From the IMG/VR virus record IMGVR_UViG_3300035498_001143: a stretch of DNA of 64,000 nucleotides; one strand, given 5' to 3'. The DNA comes from a virus (taxonomy: Duplodnaviria > Heunggongvirae > Uroviricota > Caudoviricetes). The notes below the pieces were generated by a model. That model did no database searches, had not been told where the DNA came from, and worked only from the letters and a program-made list of their open reading frames with translations. The position numbers and the translations under genes were made by a program. Of the stretch, positions 38,505 to 48,938 are shown piece after piece. The stretch's first letter is position 1. Every line of letters starts with the position of its first letter.

Positions 38505-38890
38505 TAGACAATGATTTTTAATAAAAGATATAATTATATCTTGAAAAATTTGACTTAGTTAAAAATTATGCCGTTCTAAGTGAAACTGTCAGGTAGCTTA
38601 GAACTATGAGTGCGAAATGAAGCTGGGAGGGTTTAGTCATCCTAATCAGAAATTTTGAAGGCTATATTTAAAAGTATAGTCAAAGGCAACGCATAGAGAA
38701 TGAACCTTAAATGCGAGTTTAAGAATATAATTTCTCCAAGAGGTCGCACTAACGGACAGTACAATAACAGAGCTTATTCGTGTTAAAAAGTTATGCTATA
38801 CTGAATATGAATTGACATATTGATGAAAATGAGAGAAATCTCCAGAGATATAGATAAAAAACTATATGATAAAAACAATTAGAACTCAGG
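38505..38890 (+). ncRNA. intervening sequence in gyrA, probably a self-splicing intron (boundary +/- 1 nt)
   Basis: 386 nt with stops in all frames. Contains group-I-like pieces (AATCAGAAA, TATAGTC, GGCTATA) but in a non-canonical order. It ends in G, and excision restores ...LIDFHG|NFDGDQYAAYRYTEGRL in frame. Confidence 0.45.
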
Positions 38891-40925
38891 AAATTTTGAT
38901 GGAGACCAATATGCTGCTTATAGATATACAGAAGGCAGATTACATAAAAATGCAATGGAATTATTAAGTGGTCTTGAAGAAAAATGTGTTCCATTTCACC
39001 CCAATTTTAGTGAAACAACAGAAGAACCAGAAGTATTACCTGGTTTATTGCCTAATTTGCTTGTAAACGGCTCATACGGCATTGCAGTTGGCTATACAAC
39101 CAATTTCCCCTCACACAACCTTTCAGAGGTTATAGACGGTATTATAAAGGTTATACAGAACCCTGATGCTACATTAAAAGATATAATGAAATATATAAAA
39201 GCACCTGATTTTCCTTTAGGTAGTCTTTTGGTAGATGATGGTAATATTGAAAAATTATATACAGAAGGTAAAGCAAGTTTAACATTCTTATCTAAGTATA
39301 CTATTGAGGAAAATTCTGAAAATAAGAATCCTCAAATAATTTTTCACGAAATACCACCTACTGTTAATAAACCTAAACTTGTTGAAAAAATATACGAAGT
39401 CTGTATAGATAAAAAACAAGTACCAAGGGTTGTTGATATAAGGGATGAATCAAATGGTGAAGCAGGTATTAGAATTGTAGTTGAATTACATAAAACAGCA
39501 ATAGTAGATATTGTTTTATCTGAATTGTTTAAAAGAACAGATTTAAAGAAATCTAATTCATATATTTTAAGATGTATTGATGATAAAATTCCAAAGGTTT
39601 TATCTTTAAAAGAAATAATTGAAAAGTACATTGAATTTCATAAGGAAGTATATATTAGTAAATATACTAATATGTTAGCCAAAGTAAATAAAAAACTTCA
39701 TATTCAAGAGGGCTATAAAAAGATTTTAACTAATATTGATAAAGCAATTGATATTATTAGAAAATCTGATGATGATAAGGTTGCTAAAGCTAAATTAAAA
39801 GACGAATTTGATTTAACAGATGAGCAGGCAGAAGTAATTCTTGATATGAAATTAAGAAATATTACTAAGTTAGCTTCTAAAGATATTGATACGACTATTC
39901 AAGAGTATAAAGATAAAATTGCTACTTATACAGATATTATTTCAAATGATGATTCTTTAAATAATGTTTTAATAAACGATTTGAAAGATTTGAAAAAACG
40001 TCTTGGCGATAGTAGAAAAACTGAAATAGTCCATGATGTTGCTACTCAAATAGTTCAGAGTGTTGAAAAAGATGTAATGTTAGTCTTAACTAATAAGAAT
40101 AATATCAAACATTATGAAGTAGATACTTATGAAGAAATGATAGCGAAAGGCTATAAGGAGAAATCTGAAATATTCTTACAGTCTGTTAAAATAAATACTA
40201 ATGATAAAGTATTATTGATTTTAAATAATTGTAAATATATTTGTTTAGAATTTAATGATTTATTAGGTAATATAAGTTCATTAATAGATAAGCAGGCAAT
40301 TAAAACTATTATTCCTTTAACAGAAAACAATATGAAGAAAGTTATCTTTGTTATGACGAAAAAAGGGTTAATTAAAAAATGCTTTGTTGAAAAGATTAAA
40401 TATAAGAAGAAATTAGCTCCTCTTATGGAAATTGATGAAGAAGATAATGTAATAAAGGTTGATTTAATAGATAATAATGAAAATAATGTTATTACTGTTG
40501 CTTCACAAGATGGTTTAATACATAGATTCTTTGTTAATTCATTTAAAGAAACATCAGCAGGCGGTAAAGGATTAAGTAGTATGTCATTACAAGATAGTAA
40601 TATAGTTGATTTTATTATTTCTGATAAAAGTAATGATGAGAATAATCAATTAATTATTTATGCTATAAATGAAAATAATTATATGATTAAGAAAATACCT
40701 TTAAAGGAATTTTTAGTCAAGGGTAGAATAGCAAAAGGTGTTAAATCTATAAACTTTACTACAAAAAGTCCTGGCGAGATATATAAAATATTTATTACTG
40801 ATAAAGATTTTTCAATTATAAACAACAAGGGCATATTACAAGAAATAAAATTAGATAGTATAAAAGAAAGCACTAAAGCAACCAAGGGTGAAAATATAGA
40901 TTACGATGTTTTATATATAAAATAA
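38891..40925 (+). CDS. gyrA: gyrA exon 2 (active-site Tyr region, tower, C-terminal domain)
   Basis: NFDGD...RYTE..L...PNLLVNGSYGIAVGYTTNFPSHNL matches the GyrA/ParC breakage-reunion domain. The frame is open from 38892. Confidence 0.8.
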
Positions 40926-40931
40926 TTATTA

Positions 40932-40967
40932 AAGGCTCACAAATTAAGATTTTGTGAGTCTTTTTTT
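40932..40967 (+). terminator. rho-independent terminator
   Basis: aaaggctcacaaa...tttgtgagtcttt plus T7. Confidence 0.6.
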
Positions 40968-41004
40968 ATATATAAAATATAAAAAGAAAGGACTGTATAT
41001 AAAA

Positions 41005-41505
41005 ATGATTATAAATAGAGTATGGTCAATGCCTAACAGTAACACTTTTTCAATAAAGCCTATCAAAGAAATTATAAATAAATACGCTTTTGGTAAAATT
41101 ATAGACCCTTTTGCTAATGATAGTAAAATTGCAACTATTACTAATGATTTAGATATATCTCACGATACTGATTATCATTTAGATGCTACTGATTTTTTAA
41201 AGATGTTTGAAGACAATTCTATTGATACTGTTTTATATGACCCACCTTATTCTCCACGTCAAGTTTCTGAATGTTATAAGAAGTTAGGACAAACAGTAAA
41301 TATGCAAACAACACAAGCTTCTTACTGGTCACTTCAAAAAGAGCAAATAGGAAGAATTGTAAAACAAAATGGTATAGTGATAACTTGTTGTTGGAACTCA
41401 GGCGGTATTGGTAAAAAATATGGTTTTGAAATAGAAGAAATATTGTTAGTACCACATGGCGGTTGGCATAATGATACTATTGTAACAGTAGAAAGAAAAA
41501 AGTAG
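41005..41505 (+). CDS. small DPPY-motif DNA (adenine) methyltransferase
   Basis: LYDPPYSPRQ catalytic motif in a 166-aa protein; the ORF-track start is moved to the ATG with RBS after the terminator. Confidence 0.55.
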   Translation: MIINRVWSMPNSNTFSIKPIKEIINKYAFGKIIDPFANDSKIATITNDLDISHDTDYHLDATDFLKMFEDNSIDTVLYDPPYSPRQVSECYKKLGQTVNMQTTQASYWSLQKEQIGRIVKQNGIVITCCWNSGGIGKKYGFEIEEILLVPHGGWHNDTIVTVERKK

Positions 41506-41514
41506 GTGTAATAT

Positions 41515-42099
41515 GTGGCTAAGATAGAAAATGATAAGTATTATACACCTGATGATTTAGCAAAATACTGTGTAGAAAAAGCAAATGAAATAATAGGTGT
41601 TGATAATATAATTAGTTATATAGAACCATCAGCAGGAGCAGGGGCGTTTATTAAATATTTTAATAAAGATTATTTAGCAATAGATATTCTTCCTGAACAC
41701 GAAAGAGTCATTGAACAAGATTTTTTGACTTTAAATCTTTCTTACAAGAAAGGTAGAATGATAATAGGCAATCCACCGTATGGTAGAAATATGTCTTTAG
41801 CTCAAAAATTCTATAAGAAATCAATAGAGCTTGCAGATTATATAGCTTTTATATTGCCTATTTCACAATTAAATAATACTAATTCTTTATATGAATTTGA
41901 TTTAATATATAGTGAGGACTTGGGAATAAGAACATATTCAAATATTGATTTACATTGTTGCTTTAATATTTACAAAAGACCTGAAAACGGGTTAAATAAA
42001 AAGGAAAGTATTAAATTAAAAGATATAACTATTTATAGACAAGATAAAAAAGGTTATGATAATTTAGATTTTGATATAAGAATGTGCTACTGGGGGTAA
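41515..42099 (+). CDS. N6-adenine DNA methyltransferase, gamma-like (NPPY)
   Basis: YYTP...EPSAGAGAF (SAM) then IIGNPPYGR (catalytic). Confidence 0.7.
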   Translation: MAKIENDKYYTPDDLAKYCVEKANEIIGVDNIISYIEPSAGAGAFIKYFNKDYLAIDILPEHERVIEQDFLTLNLSYKKGRMIIGNPPYGRNMSLAQKFYKKSIELADYIAFILPISQLNNTNSLYEFDLIYSEDLGIRTYSNIDLHCCFNIYKRPENGLNKKESIKLKDITIYRQDKKGYDNLDFDIRMCYWG

Positions 42100-42118
42100 T
42101 GGTTGTGCAGGTAAAATA

Positions 42119-42307
42119 TTGAAAGATAACGAACACTATTCTGCTGAATATAAAATAAAAATAAACAATGATGAACTAAAAGAAGAAATAATAAATGTTT
42201 TAAGTAGTTTCGATTGGAAAAGTTATTTAAATTGTATTGCAGCAAGAAAGATACAGCAGTTTCATATTATTGATGTTTTAAAAAATAATATACCCAAAAT
42301 AAAGTAA
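42119..42307 (+). CDS. hypothetical protein
   Basis: ORF. Confidence 0.3.
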   Translation: MKDNEHYSAEYKIKINNDELKEEIINVLSSFDWKSYLNCIAARKIQQFHIIDVLKNNIPKIK

Positions 42308-42330
42308 GAGGCTTAAATGCCTCTTTTTAT
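42306..42330 (+). terminator. rho-independent terminator
   Basis: aagaggcttaaatgcctctt plus T run. Confidence 0.55.
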
Positions 42331-42400
42331 ATGTAAGTTTTTATCTATAAATATTAATATTTTTTGTATACTAATATTTAAAAAACAATCTGTCAAATTG

Positions 42401-42548
42401 ATTTACTTTCCAATATTTCAATATTAATACCTTAAAAACAACTTAAAAAAACAGATTACCTCGAATTTACTTTTCAATATAGTAGCATTAATACTTTGGT
42501 GATTACACAAACAGTACATTTACTTTCCAACATATTAGTATCAATACC
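42401..42548 (-). CRISPR. mini CRISPR-like array B: 3 diverged copies of the same 30-31-nt repeat, spacers of 34 and 23 nt
   Basis: Repeats at 42401-42431, 42466-42495 and 42519-42548 match array A at 24-27 of 30 positions. It is followed by the same conserved leader (42549-42990). Confidence 0.4.
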
Positions 42549-42978
42549 CGTTTAGTATGCAGTAGTACATTTTATTAGTATTTCAAATACTAAATCTGTC
42601 GAACTCATTGAAAAAGTTAATTTCGAATATTATTTTTTATCCATTATTTACTTTATTCTCACAAGAACATAAGTAAATAAAGTGTTTTCAAAATTCTGTC
42701 TATCTCTTAGCAATTTTACACTACTATACATCGACAGAATTTAAAAACTAAAAAAATAAAAAGTATTTATACTATATATTGAATTTGGTGAGTGGTTGGC
42801 TTCTTCCGTCAAAGCGGTGCAAGTCTTAAAATTCTACAGCAGTGTTGAACTGTATGTGATATGAATTACCCTCACCCTACGGACGGCAAATCGCCCGAAG
42901 TCACCAATTAAAGTGCTTATAAAAATAGTTCTTAAAAACTTACAATATTATAATAACATATTATTTTCTGTTTGTCAA
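42549..42978 (-). promoter_or_regulatory. second copy of the conserved CRISPR leader with distal minus-strand promoter (TTGACA 42978-42973, TATTAT 42955-42950)
   Basis: About 90 percent identity to 25600-26034, including the inverted repeat and the GC-rich segment. Confidence 0.5.
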
Positions 42979-43024
42979 GTATTTTTTATTAGAAAAATAA
43001 ATTTTAAGAGATGAGTGTGATTTA

Positions 43025-43879
43025 ATGAATAATTTAATTCCACCTTGTTCTTATCAAGGCGGCAAACAAAGACTTGCAAAACAAATTGTAGATATTATAT
43101 ATAAAGAAAATAATATTGATGAAAATACAAAATTTTTTGATATTTGTTGTGGTAGCGGAGCTGTTAGTTTAGAGTTAATAAATAATAACTTTAATTCTAA
43201 TAACATTACAATGATTGATATAAATATTTTTGGACTTTTCTATGAATATGTTTCTAAAAATAAATTTGATTTAAATATTTTTAAAGAAGAAATAGATAAA
43301 TTACCTGATAAAGAATACATACAACTTTATTTAAAACAATTAAGTGATTTACCTATTGATGAAGAAAAATTAGTATATCAATATTTATTGTTGCAGGCAG
43401 GTAGTTTTGGAAGTAAACAAATTTATATAAAAGATAATAAATGGAAGAATAACACGTTTAGAAATTATTGGCAACCTACTAAGAGTAGTAATAGAAAAAG
43501 TCCTGTCAATCCCATGATGCCGATGCCTGATACGTTATTTGAAAGAGTAGAAAATATTGTAAATAAATTAAGTGGTAAGATTGTTGCATACAATGATGAT
43601 ATTTTTAATATATTAAATATTTTTTCCAATTTAGATAATAATGTTATTATTTACATTGACCCACCGTACTCAAACACGACAAAATATAAAGATAGTTTTG
43701 ATGTTTATGAATTGATTGATAAGTTAAAAAACATAAATGATTTTACTATTTATATATCAGAAGGCGTTGAATTGAACAATGCTAAAAACACATATTTACT
43801 TTCAAGAGGTAGAACTAAAGGTAATATTAGTGGTAATGTAACTAAAAAGCCTGTTGAAGAATGGTTAAATAAATTCTGA
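43025..43879 (+). CDS. Dam-like (D12-class) N6-adenine DNA methyltransferase
   Basis: YQGGKQRLAK...CCGSGAV and IYIDPPY. Confidence 0.7.
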   Translation: MNNLIPPCSYQGGKQRLAKQIVDIIYKENNIDENTKFFDICCGSGAVSLELINNNFNSNNITMIDINIFGLFYEYVSKNKFDLNIFKEEIDKLPDKEYIQLYLKQLSDLPIDEEKLVYQYLLLQAGSFGSKQIYIKDNKWKNNTFRNYWQPTKSSNRKSPVNPMMPMPDTLFERVENIVNKLSGKIVAYNDDIFNILNIFSNLDNNVIIYIDPPYSNTTKYKDSFDVYELIDKLKNINDFTIYISEGVELNNAKNTYLLSRGRTKGNISGNVTKKPVEEWLNKF

Positions 43880-43906
43880 AAGTAAATTCTGAAAGGAATA
43901 TAAATA

Positions 43907-44239
43907 ATGAAATACAAACCAACAATTAAAGAATACTTAACTTGGATAAAAGAAGATATAAAAAGATTATATTATTTAATACGTTATTTTACAAAGGCAT
44001 TATTTAATGTAGATAAAAATATTTTATTAAGTAAAGATTTTAAAGTGGATAGTTATATTATTACTTTTCATTCTGACGATTATAGCGGAGCTTGTTATGA
44101 TGAAAGAAGATTTGATAATTTTAAAGACGCTTATGAACTTTACGAATTAAGTAAAAATCAAAAATGTAGAGAAGATTTTGTAAGATTGCATATTTCGATT
44201 GAATATATTGGAAATATAGAAATAGCAAGATATAAATAA
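43907..44239 (+). CDS. hypothetical protein
   Basis: ORF. Confidence 0.35.
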   Translation: MKYKPTIKEYLTWIKEDIKRLYYLIRYFTKALFNVDKNILLSKDFKVDSYIITFHSDDYSGACYDERRFDNFKDAYELYELSKNQKCREDFVRLHISIEYIGNIEIARYK

Positions 44240-44251
44240 GAGGTTTAATAT

Positions 44252-44641
44252 ATGAGAGAAATTATTTTTTTAATAAGTATTTTATTTTTTCACGTAATAG
44301 AAGATTTTTATTTTCAAGGGTGGTTAGCTTCTGCCAAACAAAAAACTTGGTGGATAAAAAACAATCCTAATGAAATGTATAAATATGATTATGTTGTAAT
44401 ATTACTTGTACATTCGTTTTCATGGACTGTTATGATACATATACCAATTTTAATTTATATGTATTTATTTAATATTTCAGTAGATGTTTCTGATTTTTCG
44501 TTTATGTTTATATTAACGATAATTATACATTGTCTTACTGATAATGCAAAAGCTAATTTATATAAAATAAATCTTATTCAAGACCAATTAATTCATTTAT
44601 TGCAAATTATTGTATTATGGGTTACTTACATAAATTTATAA
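44252..44641 (+). CDS. small membrane protein
   Basis: Three hydrophobic helices. Confidence 0.35.
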   Translation: MREIIFLISILFFHVIEDFYFQGWLASAKQKTWWIKNNPNEMYKYDYVVILLVHSFSWTVMIHIPILIYMYLFNISVDVSDFSFMFILTIIIHCLTDNAKANLYKINLIQDQLIHLLQIIVLWVTYINL

Positions 44642-44659
44642 ATTAAAGAAAGGAAATGA

Positions 44660-45097
44660 ATGATGAAAAAAATAAAATTGTGGATTTATAATTTTATTGT
44701 TAATGCTATCGCTGCTGATGACGATTTAAATTTAACAGGTAAGCAAAGAAGTCAATTATTTAGTCTAACTAATAAATTTAAAGTTAGAAATTGTAAAAAG
44801 AATTTAATTTATATAAGTCATCCTTATCAAGATAAAAAAGAAAATATTGAGGATATAGAAAAAATCATCAATAACTTGGTGAAGAAATATGATGAATATA
44901 CATTTGTTTCTCCTGTTCATTGTTTTGGATTTATGTATACAACTGTTTCTTATGATAGAGGGTTAGATTTTTGTCTTGATTTATTAGATTGCTGTGAACA
45001 AATGTGGGTGTTTGGTACTTATACAAATAGTATAGGTTGTACTAAAGAGATTGAATATTGTATTACAAATAATATTAAATATAAAATTTTTAGTTGA
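44660..45097 (+). CDS. hypothetical protein (nucleoside 2-deoxyribosyltransferase-like fold is a weak guess)
   Basis: YISHPY...VFGTY...G pattern only. Confidence 0.3.
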   Translation: MMKKIKLWIYNFIVNAIAADDDLNLTGKQRSQLFSLTNKFKVRNCKKNLIYISHPYQDKKENIEDIEKIINNLVKKYDEYTFVSPVHCFGFMYTTVSYDRGLDFCLDLLDCCEQMWVFGTYTNSIGCTKEIEYCITNNIKYKIFS

Positions 45098-45099
45098 TG

Positions 45100-45140
45100 A
45101 AAAAAAAGAGGGTAGAAAAACTACTCTCTTTTTTTAATTA
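45100..45140 (+). terminator. rho-independent terminator
   Basis: aagagggtagaaaaactactctctt plus T7. Confidence 0.55.
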
Positions 45141-45439
45141 TTATAACATTAAAGTTATTTGCTTAATAATATGTATACTATCTATCTTATTTTGCGTTTA
45201 TTTGCCTTTTTAATGGTTTGTAACTTTTTAGGTGAACGAATTATCGTCAGTCATCTTAAAATTCAAAATAAGGGCATTTCTGAGCGTTTTAGAGCCATAT
45301 ATTAAATCATTCAATAGTCCGTCATTCATTTTTTGTTATATAAGTCTTAATTTTTATAATTTTGAACTAATGAAATTGAGAGTGAATCTTAGAGTTAATT
45401 TTTATCCCTATATAAAAATTCATCAAATAGAGATTTACT

Positions 45440-45907
45440 TAGGTGTTTAATTATTATTAATTATTTTAATATATTATTTAAAAGCTTAATATATTTCTTA
45501 GTATATCTTAAAGCTTTAGTATATAATTAATTATTAATATATATAATATAAAAAGAATAATCATGCATGGATGTATATTAATTATTTTATATATTAATTT
45601 AAATATTAATTTAAATATATATAGATATACTAAGATGAATCTATATAGTATAATTAATATATATATACATGATTATTAATAATTAATATATAGTAGTAGT
45701 AGGGGACACCCAAAAATGTTGATAAGTGCCTCAAATGAGTACTATGTACTCGAATAAGTATGTTAATAACGTGTTGATAAGTATGTTAGTTATAAACATT
45801 GTCAACATCAATTAACATAGTTTGAAAAATAAAACGATTTCTTGTGTTGATAAAAAAGGACTTATTAACACCTATCAACATACAATGTTGATAACTATGT
45901 TGATAAT
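45440..45907. repeat. origin-like region: ~260-bp extreme AT tract followed by seven DnaA-box-like 9-mers (TGTTGATAA / TTATCAACA)
   Basis: Direct copies at 45717, 45772, 45845, 45886 and 45898; inverted copies at 45799 and 45872. Each differs from TGTGGATAA by one base. 45440-45700 is almost pure A+T with many short palindromes. Confidence 0.5.
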
Positions 45908-45932
45908 GTGAATAACTTTCTAAGGGAAAAAA

Positions 45933-46693
45933 TGATGAATGAGTATGAATTGTATAATGATGATTGTTTAGAACAAATGAAAAATATTGATGATAAATCT
46001 ATTGATTTGATATTAACTGATTTGCCATACGGTACTACTAATTGTAAGTGGGATTCAATTATACCATTAGATTTATTATGGGAACAATATAATAGAATTA
46101 TTAAAGATAATGGAGCGATTCTTTTGTTTGCACAAACACCATTTGATAAGATATTGGGTTGTTCTAATTTAAAAATGCTGAGATATGAATGGATATGGGA
46201 AAAGACACAAGCAACAGGACATTTCAATGCTAAGAAAATGCCTATGAAAGCCCACGAAAACATATTAGTATTTTATAAAAAATTGCCTACATACAATCCT
46301 CAAAAAATCCAAGGGTGTAAGCCTGCACACGGAGCTGTAAGAAAAGCAGAAGTTGGTAACAAAACACAAATATATGGAAAAGTAAAAGAAGATTCTGTTT
46401 ATGAAGGTGGTAATACAGATAGATACCCTCGTTCTGTAATAATATTTGCTTCCGATAAACAAACTTGTTGTTTACACCCTACACAAAAGCCTGTTGCTTT
46501 ATGTGAATATTTAATTAAAACATATTCTAATGAAAATGATATAGTCTTGGATAGCTGTATGGGGAGTGGAACTACAGGAATAGCTTGTTTAAATACTAAT
46601 AGAAAATTCATAGGAATTGAAAAAGAAAAACAATATTTTGATATAGCTAAAAAAAGAATTGATGATTTTTTAAAGGAGAAAAACATTGAGTAA
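45933..46693 (+). CDS. N4/N6 DNA methyltransferase, beta class (paralog 1)
   Basis: DLILTDLPYGTT then HPTQKPVALCEYLI...DSCMGSGTTGIAC. Confidence 0.75.
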
Positions 46694-47438
46694 TTATGAA
46701 ATTTACAATGATGATTGTTTAGAAAAAATGAAAGATATTTCTGATGAAAGTATAGATATGATTCTTTGTGATTTGCCTTATGGAACAACAGCTTGTAAAT
46801 GGGATATAATTATCCCTTTCAATAAGTTATGGGAACAGTATGAAAGAATAATAACGAATACAGGTGTAATTTGTTTATTCGGACAAGAACCATTTTCAAG
46901 TATGTGTAGAATGAGTAATTTAAATTTATATAGATATGATTATGTATGGCAAAAACAAAAACCAAGTAATTTTCAATTGATGAATTATCAATGTGGTAGA
47001 GTTCACGAAAATATAATGATTTTTAGTAAAGCAAAGGCTTGTTATACTAAAAATGGTGCTAAAATAAATTATTTTCCAATAATGGAAAAAAGAGAAAAAG
47101 TAAGAAAAGCTAATGCTAAAATTTATAATAATGGTAAAGCAGACTTATTACATAATTACAAAACAGAAGATAATTTCAAAACCTATGAAGAAAAACACCC
47201 TATTTCTATTTTAAAATTTAACGCAGTAGAGCATAGAGTTCATCCAACTCAAAAGCCTATTGATTTATTAGAATATCTAATTAAAACATTTACTAAAGAG
47301 AATATGACTGTATTAGATAATTGTATGGGTAGTGGTAGTACGGGTGTTGCTTGTTTAAATATAAATAGGAATTTCATAGGGATAGAGAAAGAGAAGAAAT
47401 ATTTTGATATCGCAAAGGACAGATTAAAAGATGTTTGA
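46686..47438 (+). CDS. N4/N6 DNA methyltransferase, beta class (paralog 2)
   Basis: DMILCDLPYGTT then HPTQKPIDLLEYLI...DNCMGSGSTGVAC. Confidence 0.75.
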   Translation: MSNYEIYNDDCLEKMKDISDESIDMILCDLPYGTTACKWDIIIPFNKLWEQYERIITNTGVICLFGQEPFSSMCRMSNLNLYRYDYVWQKQKPSNFQLMNYQCGRVHENIMIFSKAKACYTKNGAKINYFPIMEKREKVRKANAKIYNNGKADLLHNYKTEDNFKTYEEKHPISILKFNAVEHRVHPTQKPIDLLEYLIKTFTKENMTVLDNCMGSGSTGVACLNINRNFIGIEKEKKYFDIAKDRLKDV

Positions 47439-48183
47439 AAATTGTAATTATGAATTATTTCACGGTGATTGTTTAGAGGTAATGAATAATTTAATAAATA
47501 ATAATATAAAAGTTGATTTAATTTTAACAGATTTACCTTATGAAACAACAAAATGTAAATGGGACATTTTAATTCCTTTTGAAGATTTATGGGATAGATA
47601 TAATAAATTAACAGAAGATAATACACCTATTGTTTTATTTGGGCAAGAACCTTTTAGCTCTTTATTAAGAACAAGTAATTTAGAAAATTACAAGTATGAT
47701 ATTTATTGGGAAAAAGAAAGATTAACTAATATAAATCAAGTTAAAAAAAGAGTAGGAAAAACTGTTGAAACTATTTCTATCTTTTATAAAAAACAATGTA
47801 TTTACAATCCTCAAATGATTAAATATGATGGTAAACCGAGAAGTAATAAAGTAAAGAATGGTAAATTAGGAAAATTAACTGATGATAATGAAAAGAAAGT
47901 ATTTGAATATAAAGATACAGGGTGGAGATATCCTACACAAGTTTGGAAATATCAAAGAGATTGTCTAACTTCTAATTTACATCCTACTCAGAAACCAATT
48001 AAGTTATTAGAAGATTTAATAAAAACTTTCTCTAACGAAAATGCAATCGTATTAGATTCTTGTATGGGTTCAGGTAGCACAGGAGTTGCCTGTTTAAATA
48101 CTAATAGAAAATTTATAGGCATAGAGAAAAATGATGAATATTTTGATATAGCAAAGAAAAGAATTGAGGAGCTTGTTTTATGA
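47431..48183 (+). CDS. N4/N6 DNA methyltransferase, beta class (paralog 3)
   Basis: DLILTDLPYETT then HPTQKPIKLLEDLI...DSCMGSGSTGVAC. Confidence 0.75.
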   Translation: MFENCNYELFHGDCLEVMNNLINNNIKVDLILTDLPYETTKCKWDILIPFEDLWDRYNKLTEDNTPIVLFGQEPFSSLLRTSNLENYKYDIYWEKERLTNINQVKKRVGKTVETISIFYKKQCIYNPQMIKYDGKPRSNKVKNGKLGKLTDDNEKKVFEYKDTGWRYPTQVWKYQRDCLTSNLHPTQKPIKLLEDLIKTFSNENAIVLDSCMGSGSTGVACLNTNRKFIGIEKNDEYFDIAKKRIEELVL

Positions 48184-48929
48184 AATATTTTGGTAGTAAA
48201 AGTAGAATAGCAAAACAAATAATACCCATAATTCAGGAGTACATTGATAAGGGTAATTTTGATACATATATTGAGCCTTTTTGTGGCGGTGCAAATGTAA
48301 TAGATAAAATAGATTGTAAAAATAAAATTGGTTATGATTTAAACAAATATTTAATTGCATTATTAAATTATGTAAAAGACGGTGGAGAATTATATTCATC
48401 AGTAGATAAAGATTTATATGATAAAGCAAGAACAGCTTTTTATAATGATGACAATTCCACATTTACTGATTGGCAAATTGGTAATATTGGTTTTCTTGCT
48501 TCTTATAATGGTCGTTTTTATGATGGTGGTTATGCAAAGCCCGTATATGAAAAAACTAAAAAGGGCACAAGATATCGTGATTATTACAAAGAGGGTAAAG
48601 ATAATTTACTTAATCAAGCCCCTGATTTGAAAGATGTTAAATTTATAAATAAAGATTATAAAGATATAATTCTTCCTGATGATTGTTTAGTATATTGTGA
48701 CCCACCGTATAAGAATACTAAAAAGTTTTACATAGATAAGAATTTTGATTATGATGCTTTTTGGAATAAAATAAGAGAATGGAGTAAAGACCATATTGTT
48801 TTAGTTAGTGAACAAGAAGCACCTAATGATTTTGTTTCTATATGGGAAAAAGATGTAAATAGAAGTATTAATGTTAATAACAAATTTAGTGCAACTGAAA
48901 ATATGTTCATACATAAAAGTTTAACGTGA
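48180..48929 (+). CDS. Dam-like (D12-class) N6-adenine DNA methyltransferase
   Basis: YFGSKSRIAK...YIEPFCGGANV and VYCDPPY. Confidence 0.75.
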   Translation: MKYFGSKSRIAKQIIPIIQEYIDKGNFDTYIEPFCGGANVIDKIDCKNKIGYDLNKYLIALLNYVKDGGELYSSVDKDLYDKARTAFYNDDNSTFTDWQIGNIGFLASYNGRFYDGGYAKPVYEKTKKGTRYRDYYKEGKDNLLNQAPDLKDVKFINKDYKDIILPDDCLVYCDPPYKNTKKFYIDKNFDYDAFWNKIREWSKDHIVLVSEQEAPNDFVSIWEKDVNRSINVNNKFSATENMFIHKSLT

Positions 48930-48938
48930 GGAAAAATA

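Noticed and set aside
40954-41004. ORF-track start of the small methyltransferase at 40954
   Set aside because: That start lies inside the gyrA terminator hairpin. The ATG at 41005 has a proper RBS.
45232-45450. 72-aa GTG-start ORF in the origin-like AT tract
   Set aside because: No RBS, low-complexity product, and it sits in the ~5 percent GC palindromic region. More likely non-coding.
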